The notes under the pieces are model-generated. The model had not been told where the DNA came from and made no database searches. It saw nothing but the letters and a program-made list of their open reading frames with translations. Source: Lama guanicoe (lineage: Eukaryota). Taken from it: DNA of 64,000 bases. How positions within the stretch are numbered: the first letter of the stretch is position 1; the number at the start of each line of letters is the position of its first letter. Below, in pieces: positions 23,753 through 35,935 of the stretch. The translations under genes were made by a program, and so were the position numbers. The DNA is taken from the NCBI GenBank assembly GCA_013239625.1, contig MU054117.1, positions 4,392,677-4,456,676 on the forward strand. The letters are read 5' to 3'.

Positions 23753-25084
23753 CAGGGCAGGGCGCCTTCTGGGGACACACAGCAGTCTAGAAGGGGCTCC
23801 ATGGGAGGACTCTATTCAGGCCCCACTCCTCTGACTCTGAGAGGTCAGGGCTGTTGGTCAGTTGGAGGCCTCAGGGCAGTGACAGCCACACCTGTCAGTA
23901 GTAGAGCAGGACCAAAACCCTCGGCTCCAGCTCCGAGCCTCCCCATGGCCACCCCGGGTTCTGGCTCTGCCCCACGCCTTCAGAGGCCTTTCTCTGGGCT
24001 GCCATTGTTGGGGGTATTCCCCCCACCCCAGGAGCCCCTGAAGGCAAGTGGGCAGAAAGGCAGTCCAGAGCGGTGATGGGGGCGGAGGGCAGGGCTGTCT
24101 CCAAGCCCAGCAGGGGTTGGGATCCATCCTCACCCACCTCCCCAGCTGGAAGGCGGCCTCAGGCCTCCTCATGGGCAAATCCATGCTGTGACTTCAGCAG
24201 GGCCAGTGGGGGCCCAGGACACCATCTGCCCATGATCTCACCACCACCCGAGCCAGCTCCCCGGCCCAGGCTGATACATCTAAGGGTGGGTGTGAGGACT
24301 CCCCCTGCGTCCCCACTACAGCTTGAGACCTCACCCCCCCACCCAGCTGCAACTCCGTCCTCCCCAGGCCCCAGTGCCGGCCCATGCTGCTGGCCCAGTG
24401 CACCTCGGACCACAGATCACAAGTGATTCCCCACTGGCCCCACCCCAGCTCAGGGCAACCCCATCTCTGGGGCACACAATGGACCCATTGAAGCTGAAAC
24501 GGGCATCTGGACCCCTTCCCAGCCTCCCTCCGTGTTTCCTCCGCTCCTTGCCTTCCACTCTGCAGAAAAGTAAATGCAGACACAAGTCATAAAGTAGGGC
24601 TCTCCTTTCCCACCCAGACGCCCCAGCCCCCTAACAGCAGAGAATCGTCCCCTGTACCGCTGACCCGGTCTGCACCCCAAGTTCCCCTAAGAGGGTCCTA
24701 GAACCAGTCCCACTTGCGCCCGTCTCCAGGGGCTGGCGCTGTGCCGTGCAGTGCAGTCGGGGGTCCCCAAAGGCCTAAGGGGGACCCAGCTGCCCGTCTG
24801 TCAGGCACAAGCCCCATCAGCCCCCACCTGCCGCCTCGTGCCCACGTCTGTGCTGAAGTCACAGCGGGCACAGTCGGGGCCAGGGGTGGCCCTGTCCTTG
24901 TAACGTGCTGAAAGGCAGGGGGAGGGTGAGCAGCCCCAGGTTATGGTAACTGTCCCTCTGCCTGGTCCCCCGGGCCGCTGACCCCTTCCAGGATTGCATG
25001 AGCCAGGAGGGCACGCTCAGGCCGAAGAAATTCAGAGAAAGTAGGGAGGCCCCTGACCGCCTTCACCAGAATCTCCTTCTGAGA

Positions 25085-25830
25085 CAGTAACAAACGTAAA
25101 CGCCTTTGGTTCCCGACGCACAGCTTCTAGCACCCTTCCAATGCCCTGGGTGATGGGGGCATCTTTTGTTCTAATGAAGCCACCTTTGGTGGGTCCCTAG
25201 AGAGCTCCAGGATGGGGTCTGGTGACCGAGAGACCAAGGCATGACTAGGGGCTTGGAACTCCCAGCCCCACCCCCACCCACAGCGAGGGCTGGAGATGGA
25301 GTTAATAATCAATCATGCCTACATAATAAAACCTCCGTAAAAACTCTCACACAACAGAGTCTGGACAGCTTCCGGCTTAGGGAACAAATCCACACGCAGG
25401 GAGGCTGCGCACCCCAGCTCCCCAGGGACAGAAGCTCCTGTGCTCGGGCCCTTCCAGACCTCGCCCTACGTGCCTCTTCATCTGGCGTTCATTTGTGTCC
25501 TTGATGATGGTTCTTGCAATGGACCGGTAATAGTAAAGGGTTTGCCTGAGTTCTATGAGCCATTCGAGCAACTTTCGAACCTGAGGACGGCACTGCGGGA
25601 ACCCCCAGTTTGCAGCCAAGGCGGACAGAAGAGGGTGCCCCGGGGACTCTATACCTGGGGCTGCCATCAGAAGCAAGAGTACTGGAACCGAGCCCTTCGC
25701 CTGCGGGGTCGGCACTAACCCTGGGTAGTGGGGATCAGAACTGAATTAAATTGTAGGACACCGGCGGGTGCCCAGGAAGTCAGAGAATGGGTTGGAGTAG
25801 GGGGAAGACACACACATTTGGTGTCAGAGT
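25085..25830 (+). mobile_element. LTR, MER21-like
   Basis: agaccaaggcatga...aatcaatcatgcctacataat...ctgagttctatgagccattc...ttgtaggacacc...acatttggtgtcaga. Confidence 0.85.
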
Positions 25831-25929
25831 TTTGTGGAATCACTCTGTGCCTTCCCACTGCCTGACAATATAATCATATTTAACATATTAAATATTAATA
25901 ATAAATAATATTTAATATTTCTTGACTCC

Positions 25930-26047
25930 CTCCAAGGTCCCACGTCCTGTATTCATGTCTTTGTGTGACGCCCTCACCTTGAGTGCAGACTGGTCGTGTG
26001 GTTTTATTTCTAGCAAATACAAGTATCTGTGTAATACACATTTCACC
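25930..26047 (+). mobile_element. Short duplicate of the 5' part of the downstream MLT1 LTR
   Basis: Shares the exact tgtgtgacgccctcaccttgagtgcagactgg with ~26719-26750. Confidence 0.85.
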
Positions 26048-26206
26048 TGCCTGAGCCCACAGCCCACACTCCCAGCCCAGGACGGCATGACCCTTCCACG
26101 CTCATCGGATTTGGGCCACAAATGAAAAGCGCTCCACTCATGACTTCCCGGGTCCAGAAGAGCGCCTTCCACACACTCCCCCAGGAGCCTGAAATTCTGT
26201 CACCAA

Positions 26207-26333
26207 GGGGGGCGGTATAGCTCAGCGACAGAGTGCATGCTCCGCATGCACGAGGTCCTGGGTTCAATCCTCAGTCCCTTCATTCAAAGTAAAGCTAATC
26301 GCCACCCCCACTGCAAAAAAAAACAAAGACCAT
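26207..26333 (+). mobile_element. tRNA-derived SINE (Vic-1-like)
   Basis: ggggggcggtatagctcag (A box)...ggttcaatcc (B box), A tail, TSD gaaattctgtcacca / gaagtcctgtcacca. Confidence 0.9.
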
Positions 26334-26659
26334 GAAGTCCTGTCACCAGAGCTTTGTTTGAGGGGTAGTCCAATTAACAGACATGCTCCTTTCGCATTAA
26401 TCCTCACCAAACATCTGTGGCTCAGTGGAGACAAGTCAGCAGAGCTGCTCCGGTTTGCAGAGGAAGCGGAGAGAGGCTCAGGATCACAGAAAGGGAAGCC
26501 CACTGCCCGTGCGGAAATCACAGTTTTGCCTGGGGCAGCCCCAGTCCTAACCCGAAGAGAGGTGTGCGGGGAGCAGGGAAGCCCCCGCCCCTCCCCACGC
26601 AGGCTCATGCTCTCCCCGCAATTTTTCCCTCCCTCCTGCCCCCAAACACAAGATTCTCG

Positions 26660-27170
26660 GTACTCAGCAGCCTTTAGGATGCCCCCCCCCAAAGATCCCA
26701 CCGCCTGTATTCACGTCTTGTGTGACGCCCTCACCTTGAGTGCAGACTGGCCACATGGTCTTATTTCTAGCACATATAATACAGCTGTCACCTTGGAGAG
26801 CAGGTTTTTAAAGGACCGTGGCTTCTGTTTTGGCTGCCCTGTCTCACTCTCTCTGAGGTCACTCACCCTAGAGGAAGCCACGTGTCATGTCACGAGGCAG
26901 CCCCAGGGGAGGGCCACATGGAGAGGGACAAAGGCCTGCCGACCATCACGGGAGAGAGCTTCAGCATGACCCTCTCACCCCGGAGGAACCTTCAGGTAAG
27001 ACCACAGCCCCAGTCAATAACCTGACCGCAACTTCATGAGACATCATGGGCCAGAGGCACCCAGCTAAACCGCACCCAGATTTCTGACGTACAGAAACTC
27101 TGAGAAATAAATGTCTGTTGTTTGCTAAGTGTGGGGGCAATTTGTTACACGTAACAGACAACTAGTACAC
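26660..27170 (+). mobile_element. MaLR LTR (MLT1E/F-like)
   Basis: gagggccacatggagaggga...cccagctaaaccgcacccag...aataaatgtctgttgttt...caactagtaca. Confidence 0.85.
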
Positions 27171-27683
27171 TCTCATCTTACTCCAGAGAATCAAAACTCA
27201 GCTCTCTAAGGCTCATAATGTCAGCTCCTCCAGGGAAGCCCCAGCCTGCTCTTTGCTTTACTAGCAGGGCCAGGCATATTCCCTTCCAGAAACTTCCCAC
27301 CAGAAGCTCTGCCAGCAATCACCACGCTGGCGGATAAGACAGCCCCACTGCCAGCTGACTCTTGGCAGGTGCAGAGACATGATATGTGCTATAGGTAGAA
27401 ATGGACTGAGAGGCAACCACCAACTCCAGAACTAGAAAAAGAAGGTCAGAGCTGAGGCTTTGAACACACAGAGCAACAGCTTATTGTTGTGTTGGCAAAA
27501 CAGCAAACCACTCCACAGACCACAGAGATGGAACCAGCTATCTTCCCATCAAGCCATCAAGAAAATTTCTCGCATCCTCAACGAAGTTATCATCCAGATT
27601 TTGAGCTGAAAACCAGGGGACGGTACTGTCTGCCCCAAACCAAGCATTCCATCATGTACCCAATGGGTGTTTAAATAATTGTT

Positions 27684-27758
27684 GGATGGATGGATGGATG
27701 AATAAGTGGATGGATGATTAGATGGTTAGATGGATGTATGGTTGGATGGATGGATGGA
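27684..27758. repeat. Degenerate (GGAT)n
   Basis: Directly visible. Confidence 0.9.
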
Positions 27759-28519
27759 AGACATTCCCTATAGAAAGTGGTTATTAAGCTTTCCTAATCT
27801 GGTAGTCATTCTGACAAAACACAGTAAGTTAAATTTCTAATTCCACCCTCGGTACCTCATAGACTTTATACAATAAATGCTTACTATTTAGATATTAAAA
27901 GTTTTTTCCACGGGTCAGTTGCAGCAACCTCATGTCTTTCAAAGGGCCCCTCAGGTCTTTCACAGGGTATGATTATGTTAAACTGGAGCATTAACATTCA
28001 CATCACTTGCAAGAGCATCTTTTGTTCTTTGTGCTTTTTTCAAGAATTGTACAGAAGATAAATTGGCTGGTTGGACATCCCTGGGCCAAATAAGTGGCCT
28101 CACCCTGATGCCCACTTTCCATCTAGTTTCCATCTAGTTCCAGAATTTCCCCAGTGTAGTGGGCACTGAGGAAGTCCTACTAAGTGACTCTAAAGCCACA
28201 GACCCCAAATACAAGCCCAGGAGTGCAAGCTCAATCCCCTGCCAGCCCACCAAAGCCAGCGTAGCCTCTTGGCACCAAAGGGACAAGAGCTTGCCATCAG
28301 ACTATTTGCCCGGCTGTTTTTTATTGCGCTCCACAAACACGGTGACCCACGAAGTAGTGTCCAGCATGAGCACTGAGGCTGAGCTAGTCTTTAACTAAGC
28401 GTGGGGCCTCACCAGCACTCATGAGAAATGGCAGAGACCCTCCTGCCAAGGGATGGGTCAAAGACTTGGAAGGGGAGTAGAGGGAAAGGCAAGAGTAGAG
28501 GTCAGACCGTTGTCAGTTT

Positions 28520-28685
28520 GGGTCCTGTCTGCCTCATAGCAGCTGTGTGACTTTGGGTGAGTTACTTAACCTCTCTGGGTCTGTTTCCTCTTCTGTAACA
28601 TAAGAAGAAGTTGTACCTGCCTCATAGGTCGTGGTGATGAGGTCATACATGCAAAATGCTGAACACAGTGCCTAACATACAGCAA
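28520..28685 (+). mobile_element. MIR SINE
   Basis: gctgtgtgactttgggtgagttacttaacctctctgggtctgtttcctcttctgtaa. Confidence 0.85.
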
Positions 28686-29309
28686 CCATCACAGAGGAGA
28701 GGGGCATCAGGAGAAGAGCCAGGGTCACGGGGGGGGGTGGCGGTGAGGCAGAGGCAGCTTTGAATGGGCAACGTTTGCAGTAAATAGAACAGAGTTGAGG
28801 CTAAACAGAGGAGAAAATAAAGGCAGAGATGATAAGGCAACTGCTCCTAAATAGACTTTCCAGGCGGGGACAAGGCAGGAGGGTATATTCGGTGGCCTGG
28901 TTTTCCTAGCTTTTGGATGGTGCCAAGGTCTTCAGATCAGGCATTCCAGAAAATTCCCAAAATTACTCACTCTAAGCTTAAAGAATTGCCAGGCCCTTCT
29001 TCCTCTTAATTTTCCAAGGAATTTGCGTCATCCTTGTTTAGTCACCTGACACCTCACAGTTTTTACAGCTCATTCAACTGTAATCCTTTGAGCAAACAGA
29101 TGAAGAGAAACGGACAATGAAACCTTAGCCCACGTGGGTTCTCCCCGTTCAGCTGCTGGAGGGCCTCCCGCTGCTGGCCCAGGGCAGGTTAGCATGGCTG
29201 GCTTTGTAAGGGAGCTGTGGTCGAGTCACATCCAGCCCTGTGGTCCCCAGCTGGCACGGAAGGCCACTCGTCTGCGTTCAGAGCGGGGAGGGAGGGGAGG
29301 CTCACCTAC

Positions 29310-29356
29310 CTGGACACTCCTCGTTGCTGCAGATCCACAGGCTGTTTCGGCAAATG
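29310..29356 (-). CDS. VWF: VWF exon 10 (47 nt)
   Basis: ccccaacag|CATT...CCAG|gtaggt; ICRNSLWICSNEECP. Confidence 0.96.
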
Positions 29357-29973
29357 CTGTTGGGGAGAGAAGCACAGGTCATGGGTGGTTCTGTAAACAC
29401 AGGCGTCCGGGTTTGGGAGACTCCTGGAAGACTGCCACGCGGGGGAAGGCAGCCCAGGGAAGAGGCCTGGCGTTCTCCTCCCGCATATGCAGGGTCAGGC
29501 AGAGCCAGCCGGCCCGGGGAGACAGCCAGAGGGGCTTCTGGAGGAAATGGCTGGAGTGAGGCTGGAGCAGCAGAGCCTGGAGGGCAGGCCCCCAGGTGTC
29601 CACTGGGCACCACGGCCTCCTCCCATCTAGTGGGTCAGTGATCAAGGAGGGTAGGACTGCCTGTGGCTTGGTGACTGTCTTAAGGTCCCTCTTCAGGGAG
29701 AGAGAGTCACTGATTAAAGCACAGTTGGGGGAAAGCTAGAGATGTTGTTTGCTTATAAAGGGACCTTACACACACACCCGCCTCCCTCCTCCAGACAGAT
29801 CTGTATACAAGCCTTTCTCTCCATCATCAGCCTCCACGCCCTTCCCCAAACCACCCCCAGCCCAGGCCAGGTCCCATTTCACCTGCCGGTACCCCTACTG
29901 CCCGCGCTGGCCCAGCTAACCCCTCCCACAGCCCCAGGCAGGTTCCCTAGATCACATGGCTCAGCCCGATTAC

Positions 29974-30085
29974 CAGGTGTTGCAGTCTCGGGAGAAGGAG
30001 GCGCCTGGCGGGTACCGCTTCCCAGAATGCACGCAGGAACACTCGGTGCTCTCCACACAGCGGCTGCCATCAAGGAGCTGCCCCT
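29974..30085 (-). CDS. VWF: VWF exon 9 (112 nt)
   Basis: tgacccag|AGGGG...CCTG|gtaatc; [37 protein letters not shown]; hand-translated. Confidence 0.97.
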
Positions 30086-30775
30086 CTGGGTCAAGGGCAT
30101 CAGGGCAGAGACTCAACCTTGCCATCATCACTCATCTCACAACTACAGAATCCCCACGGGTTCAGCTCAGGGGTTCTCATGGGAAGGGCAAAGAACTCAT
30201 CCTGGGGGGCTGAGCTTTCACAGTGTTCAGTATGGGGGGGGCCTATTCATCACCTCTCTACTGATGCAGAAATGGGGAAAAGAGATTTGTTCAAGGTCTT
30301 CCAGTAGAGAAGTTGTGAATCAAAATACACAGCCCTCTCACTAATTAACCAGAACTTTTCCACGAAGCTCACAAGGTCTCTCCTGAGAAAGACTTTCGGG
30401 TGCAAAGCTGAGCTCACATGGCAAACCCAGGAACTATCCCAGAATATCTTTCTCCCAGACCGTTCCCTAATGTTTAACCAAGAAAACATGGCAGCTCAGA
30501 GTGGGCCACGTGCTCCCCAAACAAAGTCGCTGTTGGAGCCCAGACTGCCCTTCTACTCCCCAGACGCACACGCGTTCGTGGATACAGAACACCAGGAAAA
30601 CGTAAATTAAAAATAAATGCCAGCTCAACCCTGATCAATCTGGACAGAGACTAAACTACATAAAAGGCCTCTGATTTCGGCAACGGGGACCAAACACACG
30701 TGGCCTTTGGCTTCCTCCATCAAGGGCACTGGCAAGGAGGTCTCGGGCGTGTAAACACAGCGGGAAGTCTGTTAC

Positions 30776-30898
30776 CAGGGCAGCTGCAGCCGTCCACGCA
30801 CTGCTCCCGACACGCTTCGCTGACGGGCGGGCTCCGGCAGGTTCTGGTGCAGGGGGACACACACTCCCTGTACTCCATGCCCGCGGGGCACGCCGGTC
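30776..30898 (-). CDS. VWF: VWF exon 8 (123 nt)
   Basis: ccgtttcag|GACCG...CCTG|gtaaca; [41 protein letters not shown]. Confidence 0.97.
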
Positions 30899-32430
30899 CT
30901 GAAACGGAAAATTCAGTAGCCTCTCCAAGGCAGCATCTCACAAGCCACACCGTGCCCAGAGCCCCCTTTGTCTGCCCTCCTCTGTCTGCAGGGCCCCGGG
31001 GCCCACCTCCACCCCAATGGCACCCCAGTGGCCAACGTCACCTCCAAGGCCACCCCACTGATCACTCCTCCCCTAAATGAACAAACTTCACCATGTGGGT
31101 CCTGGCTGAGACTCAGCAGGGTCACCTGGGGCCCCCACTCCTCCCCCTGGTCCTCTGATCTCCATTTTGCTTCTCTCTGCTCTGTCCCTTCCACCCAGGG
31201 TGTCCCTGTGACCCTCTCAGGGTGATGCCAGATGCCTCCAGGTGGAAAATGCAAGGCCTGGAAGCCAAGCACAGGGTAGACAGTGTCTTCCATCACATCC
31301 CTCCTCTGAGGGCTCCTCCTCCCCCAGAAACTGGCCCCAGGCAAAGGCCCCGCCCGCCCAGCACCAAGTGCACAGCATCACGCCCCCTCCCCACACGGGG
31401 GACGTTCGTCCCCATCTACGTCCACCGGGCAGCAGGACTGCCCTCGGAGCCTCGCCACCTAAGCCTCTATCCTTCGCGCGGACCCAGCTCCTCATGGACA
31501 GGGACTGGCTCTCCTTTCTCTCCTCACCCGCCACTGACTGATGCTCAGACCACAGGACCAGAAGGACCAGAGCATCTCAGCACCCCAGACCCTTTCTCCT
31601 GCAAGATACCGCAGGCACCTCCTCACCCTACCTTCAAAGACCTGAAAAACAGCAACTCCTCCTCTCAGGGGCAACCCGACGGCTAATAACCACCTTCCCC
31701 ACACCCTCCACACAGATGAAAAGCTCTAATTTATAAGCTGAAAAACACAAGCCAAACGGCGTGTGTGCAGCGTAAATACCTGGCCCCACTCCCCTGCGTG
31801 ATCAGCCGGTGTGATCTGCGTAATCATCACAGGCTGCCTGTCCACCCGCACACCTTTGGACCAGTGGGAAGCCTGAGGGGAGAGGATACTTCTTGCAAGG
31901 TGACTGGAGAAGCTCCTACTTAATCGTGATAATTGGGGGGTGGTGACAGTGACAGTGACTAGGGACCCAATGAGATCAGATAATCAGGTGAGGGCGAGGG
32001 ATGATGAGCACGCACCTGGAGGGGAGGAGGGATTTAATGAAAGGGAAGAACTTGATAAACGCCTTCAAGGACCCCAGGATCACCCCGGGGACACTCTGGC
32101 CACCGCCCTGCTCCTGGTCAGTTCAGACACTAACTGCTGAGATTCCCCTCAGAGCCGGGGAATGTTTTTGAGTTTGAATTTCCTAAGGGAGGCACGGCGT
32201 GAAAACAGAGGCAGGAGAAGTGATGCGGGGAACTTGGGAGGGCATCTCAAGCCTCCTCCAAGCCATTAAGGCAGGAGACTCGCTCTGTGACCAGCGGACA
32301 CACAGGAGCCAGGGGGGAACTGGGCACCGGGATGCGGGTCTTGGCAGGCACTGGCTGGTTGGGGGTTGACAGCCTGAGAGCTCCTGGAGTGACACGGGGA
32401 CAGACGCCGCTCGGCCCCACGCTGACTCAC

Positions 32431-32647
32431 GGCACGCGCTGTGGTCCGTCCAGCCGTACAGCACCATCCCCCGCTGGGCGCAGGCCCGGGCGTACTCCAG
32501 GAGCACGGGGCACGGGCACTGCAGCCCCTGCGCGCACGGGCACAGCATCGTCTCACACAGCGCCACGAAGGGCTCTGGGTCCACCAGGGGGTGGCAGCGG
32601 GCGAACACCGAGGCACTCTTCAGAAGCTGGCACTGCTCCCACAGGCC
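32431..32647 (-). CDS. VWF: VWF exon 7 (217 nt)
   Basis: ccctgcag|GGCCTG...TGCC|gtgagt; [72 protein letters not shown]. Confidence 0.97.
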
Positions 32648-33520
32648 CTGCAGGGAGGAGGTACCACGTCAGCACGGGCGGCACCCACGCCGCCTGGCCC
32701 TTCAGGGGTTCGCTTAGCAACTCCCAACCTTGGTGCTTGGAGACCCAGCCCCGCCCAGAAACCCAAACACACTCCCTCACACCCAGCAGGTGCTTGTCAC
32801 GTGTGTCAAACTACACAGTCCAGCGGCCAGTGGAGCGCTCCCCGGACTAGGGCGACCTCCTAGACAGAGTCCTGCCAATGCAGATGCCCAGGCCCTGGCC
32901 TGTCTCTGAAGGGAAAGAGCAGAGAAAGACTCCTGAAGGGAGCTCTGCTCCTGAAGTTCTGCTGAAATTCCGCGGGAGGCCATGTGGCTCAGACCAGGAA
33001 GGCCGATCAGCATCTGCTTTGAACTCACCTAGTCTGCGCCCCTCCCTGACCTTGGCTTCTCCAAGATGAGGGGGCTTCCTCAGAGACGAGGAGGTGGGAC
33101 AAGGTGTTTTATAAAGTAGAGCTCCCTGGGCCTCAGCCCCAGACGTCTGAACGCAGTGTGTCAGGGATGGAGTTCAGCAAACATTCCCCAGACGATTCCT
33201 GAGGCCAGATCGGATCAGCTTCCATCAGCAAAAACATGCTAGGACTCTCTGAAGGATCCCAGAGGCAGTGCCAGGCCAGGGCTATTCTTGGATTTTATCA
33301 GTGTGTTGATACCCTCAACCCAGTAACACAGGCAGGTTTGAAACTGCTGTCACAGACGATTCCTGTGACACATTAGCATAGACCCCCACATCTACCTGTG
33401 AACATTTCTGCAGCCTGTGTGTCAGGGACTCTAAATTCACATCTTCTTCACAATTTAACATCTCTGAAAATGGGGTGCGTCTTACAAGAGATATCACGCT
33501 TTAATTGGCAGCTTCTCCCT

Positions 33521-33616
33521 TCTTTTTTTTCTTTTTAATGGAGGGACTGGGGATTGAACCTAGGACCTCATGCATGCCAAGCATGTGTTCTACCGCTGAG
33601 CCATTTCCCTCCCCCC
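33521..33616 (-). mobile_element. tRNA-derived SINE (Vic-1-like, short form)
   Basis: T tract then ggggattgaacctaggacctcatgcatg...taccgctgagc...ccctcccc. Confidence 0.9.
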
Positions 33617-33676
33617 TGCTTTTTCTTTCTTAGTGACACATGCAACAATGACGTGTCTTGGAATTGACGTCTTAGC

Positions 33677-33846
33677 TTTTTTTTTTAACAACATATACTG
33701 TTTTTTTTTCATTTAATTTTTTTTGGTGCGGGGAGGGAGATAATTAGGTTTATTTATTTTTGGAGGAGGTACTAGGGATTGAACCCAGGATCTTGTGCAT
33801 ACTAGGCATGCACTCTACCTCCTGAGCTATACCCTCCCCCGCGACA
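33677..33846 (-). mobile_element. tRNA-derived SINE (Vic-1-like, long form)
   Basis: gattgaacccagg...tgagctataccctcccc; perfect 13-bp TSD acgtcttagcttt at 33667 and 33847. Confidence 0.92.
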
Positions 33847-35517
33847 ACGTCTTAGCTTTGACGCAACACCATCCTGTCGCTGTAAATGATCCACACGGGG
33901 CGGGGGTGGGGTGGGGGACGCGTCCTTTCCGGCACAGATGTGCTCCCCCACGACTGGGAGCCAGGCACCTGTGAAAGGAGAACGGGGCATCTACAGGGAA
34001 TGCTGCGCCCAGAGGGTGAACCAGGGCAAATGGGTCCCCTAAAGGGGACGGTGAATAAGAGGAAAGCAATGACCGGTTCTGAGGACAGGGAAACCCAACC
34101 TGCTCAAACTGTACACAGGATGGCCAGGGCAAGGCTGCGTAAATGAGGAGCCAGGAGCCAGGCCCCTGGGCCTCGTCTGGAGCACTGGAAATCCGACCCG
34201 GTGCCGCTCACCACTCAGGAAAGCCACCCAGGCAGCACCAGGGCCGTGCTGTGGCCCAGGGGCCCCGCCCCTCCCCCCTGCACAGTCAGGACCAGGCACC
34301 TGCTGGCTACAGGCCCCGGAGCGAGGTACCCTGGGGGCTCCAGGGCCAGCTGGCCCAGGCAGCGGGGTGTGGCTGGCTCCCTCTGCACCTCAGAAAAGCA
34401 GCAGCCGTGTGGGCTGTGAACCGCAAAGCCACAGCAGACAGACTGGTTGGCAGGACAATTAGCAGCTCTGCATGCTGGGAGCCGGTGGCTGAGAGCAGCT
34501 CTCCCTCCCTCCCCAACCCTCCTCCTTCTGACTGACTCCCTGTGGTTGGAGATCCCACACCCACTGAGTGGCTGAGAAAAAGCAGAGGCTTGAGCCTAGC
34601 TCAGCCACTGCCTGCTGGTGGGGACAGAGGCAAACCTTGTCCCTTGCTGGAGGAGGGCCTCCTGGAGTAAGGCAGGAACAGTAACCAGACACTGCCTCGC
34701 AGGTGGACACTCAGAGCCGGGCGCCCAGCAGGGAGCTGATGAACAGAGGCTGTCGTGGGTCCCCTGCCACTGAGGGCTCGGTGATGACATGCATCCTACC
34801 ATTTGCCACCTGAGCACAGCACATTGGGGAAACTGAGAGCTCTGAAGACGGTGCCAGGAAGAGTCCTGCCCTAGACTTGCTACGACTTCACAGCTCGGGG
34901 CCCAGCTTTTGCCTCTTCCGCGTGCTGGCCGTGGGACCCAGGCTGTTTACTCAACCCACCTCCTCTGGGGATGGGGGTAATAATAACAGTGCCTCCCTGA
35001 AAAGACTGAGGTGAAGACTGAACGGAACAGTGCGCGTAAAACGTTTCGCCTAACAAATGATGACTGAGGACCCCATTCTGCCATCATCCTCGGTATCCTG
35101 GCCGCCAGAGAAAACCCTTCCACCGTCCCTCCTGCGATCAGGCTTAGCCTCTGAATGGTGAGCAGGTCACCAGCAGGACAGAAGGACGTCTTTGTCCCTT
35201 TCCCCATCTCCGCCTGCCTGCATTGCATAGGGATGAGTGGTTGCCGTGGCAACACTAGGATCCGGGGGGCTCGTGGTGAACACAGGGCTGCTCCTGTTGG
35301 TCTTTCATTCGGGAGGGTCACGCTCCTCCAGAAAAAAAGTGGGCTTCTTTCCAGTGCAGGGGTGGGGTGGGGTGGGGGAGAGACTCGCTCTTCTTTCGAA
35401 CTCTTTCTAAGAATCTCCATCCTCACTGGCCAGCGAGGTTCAGGGAAGGAGGCTGAGGCCTGGGTCTGGTTCCTTCCGTCCAGCTACACCACCTGACCCG
35501 TTAGACGTGCCACTCAG

Positions 35518-35935
35518 TTCTTATTTTGTTTATTCGTGTCCTCTCTCTTTCCTTCCTGGAGAGCCTGGCCAGAGGTTTGTCAGTGTTGTTTACTCTTTCA
35601 AAAAAACCAGCTCTTGGTTTTATTGATTTTTTTTCTATTTTTTTAAAATCTCTGTTTTATTTATTTCCTCCCTGACCTTTTTCTTCCTCTCCTTTCTCTG
35701 ACTTCAGGTTTTGTTTGTTCTTCTTTTTCTAATTCTTCTAGGTGGCAGGTTAGGTGGTTTATTTAAGATTTTTCTTGTTTTTTGAGGAAATCCCGTACAG
35801 CTATGAACTTCCCTCCTAGCACTGCTTTTGCTGCATCCCTTAGATTTTGTGTGGTTTTGTTCTCATTCTCATTTGTCTCAAGGTATTTTTTAATTTCCTC
35901 TTTGATTTCATTGTTGACGCATTGCTTTTTCAGTA
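35518..35935 (-). mobile_element. L1 ORF2 internal fragment
   Basis: ctttcaaaaaaaccagctcttggttttattgatttt...gctatgaacttccct...agcactgcttttgctgcatccc; typical antisense L1 ORF2. Confidence 0.9.

Larger units (their letters stand above)
33415..33875 (+). mobile_element. DNA-transposon relic (MER104-like) interrupted by two SINEs
   Basis: cacaatttaacatctctgaaaatggggtgcgtcttacaa...gtgtcttggaattgacgtcttag. Confidence 0.6.

Noticed and set aside
26207..26280. tRNA genes at A/B-box sequences
   Set aside because: They have A-rich tails, TSDs and degenerate cloverleafs, so they are SINE heads.
32581..32598. Further CTCF-like words (exon 7 ccaccagggggtgg; also near 29623 and 46824)
   Set aside because: Each mismatches a high-information core position; cannot be supported without a matrix scan.
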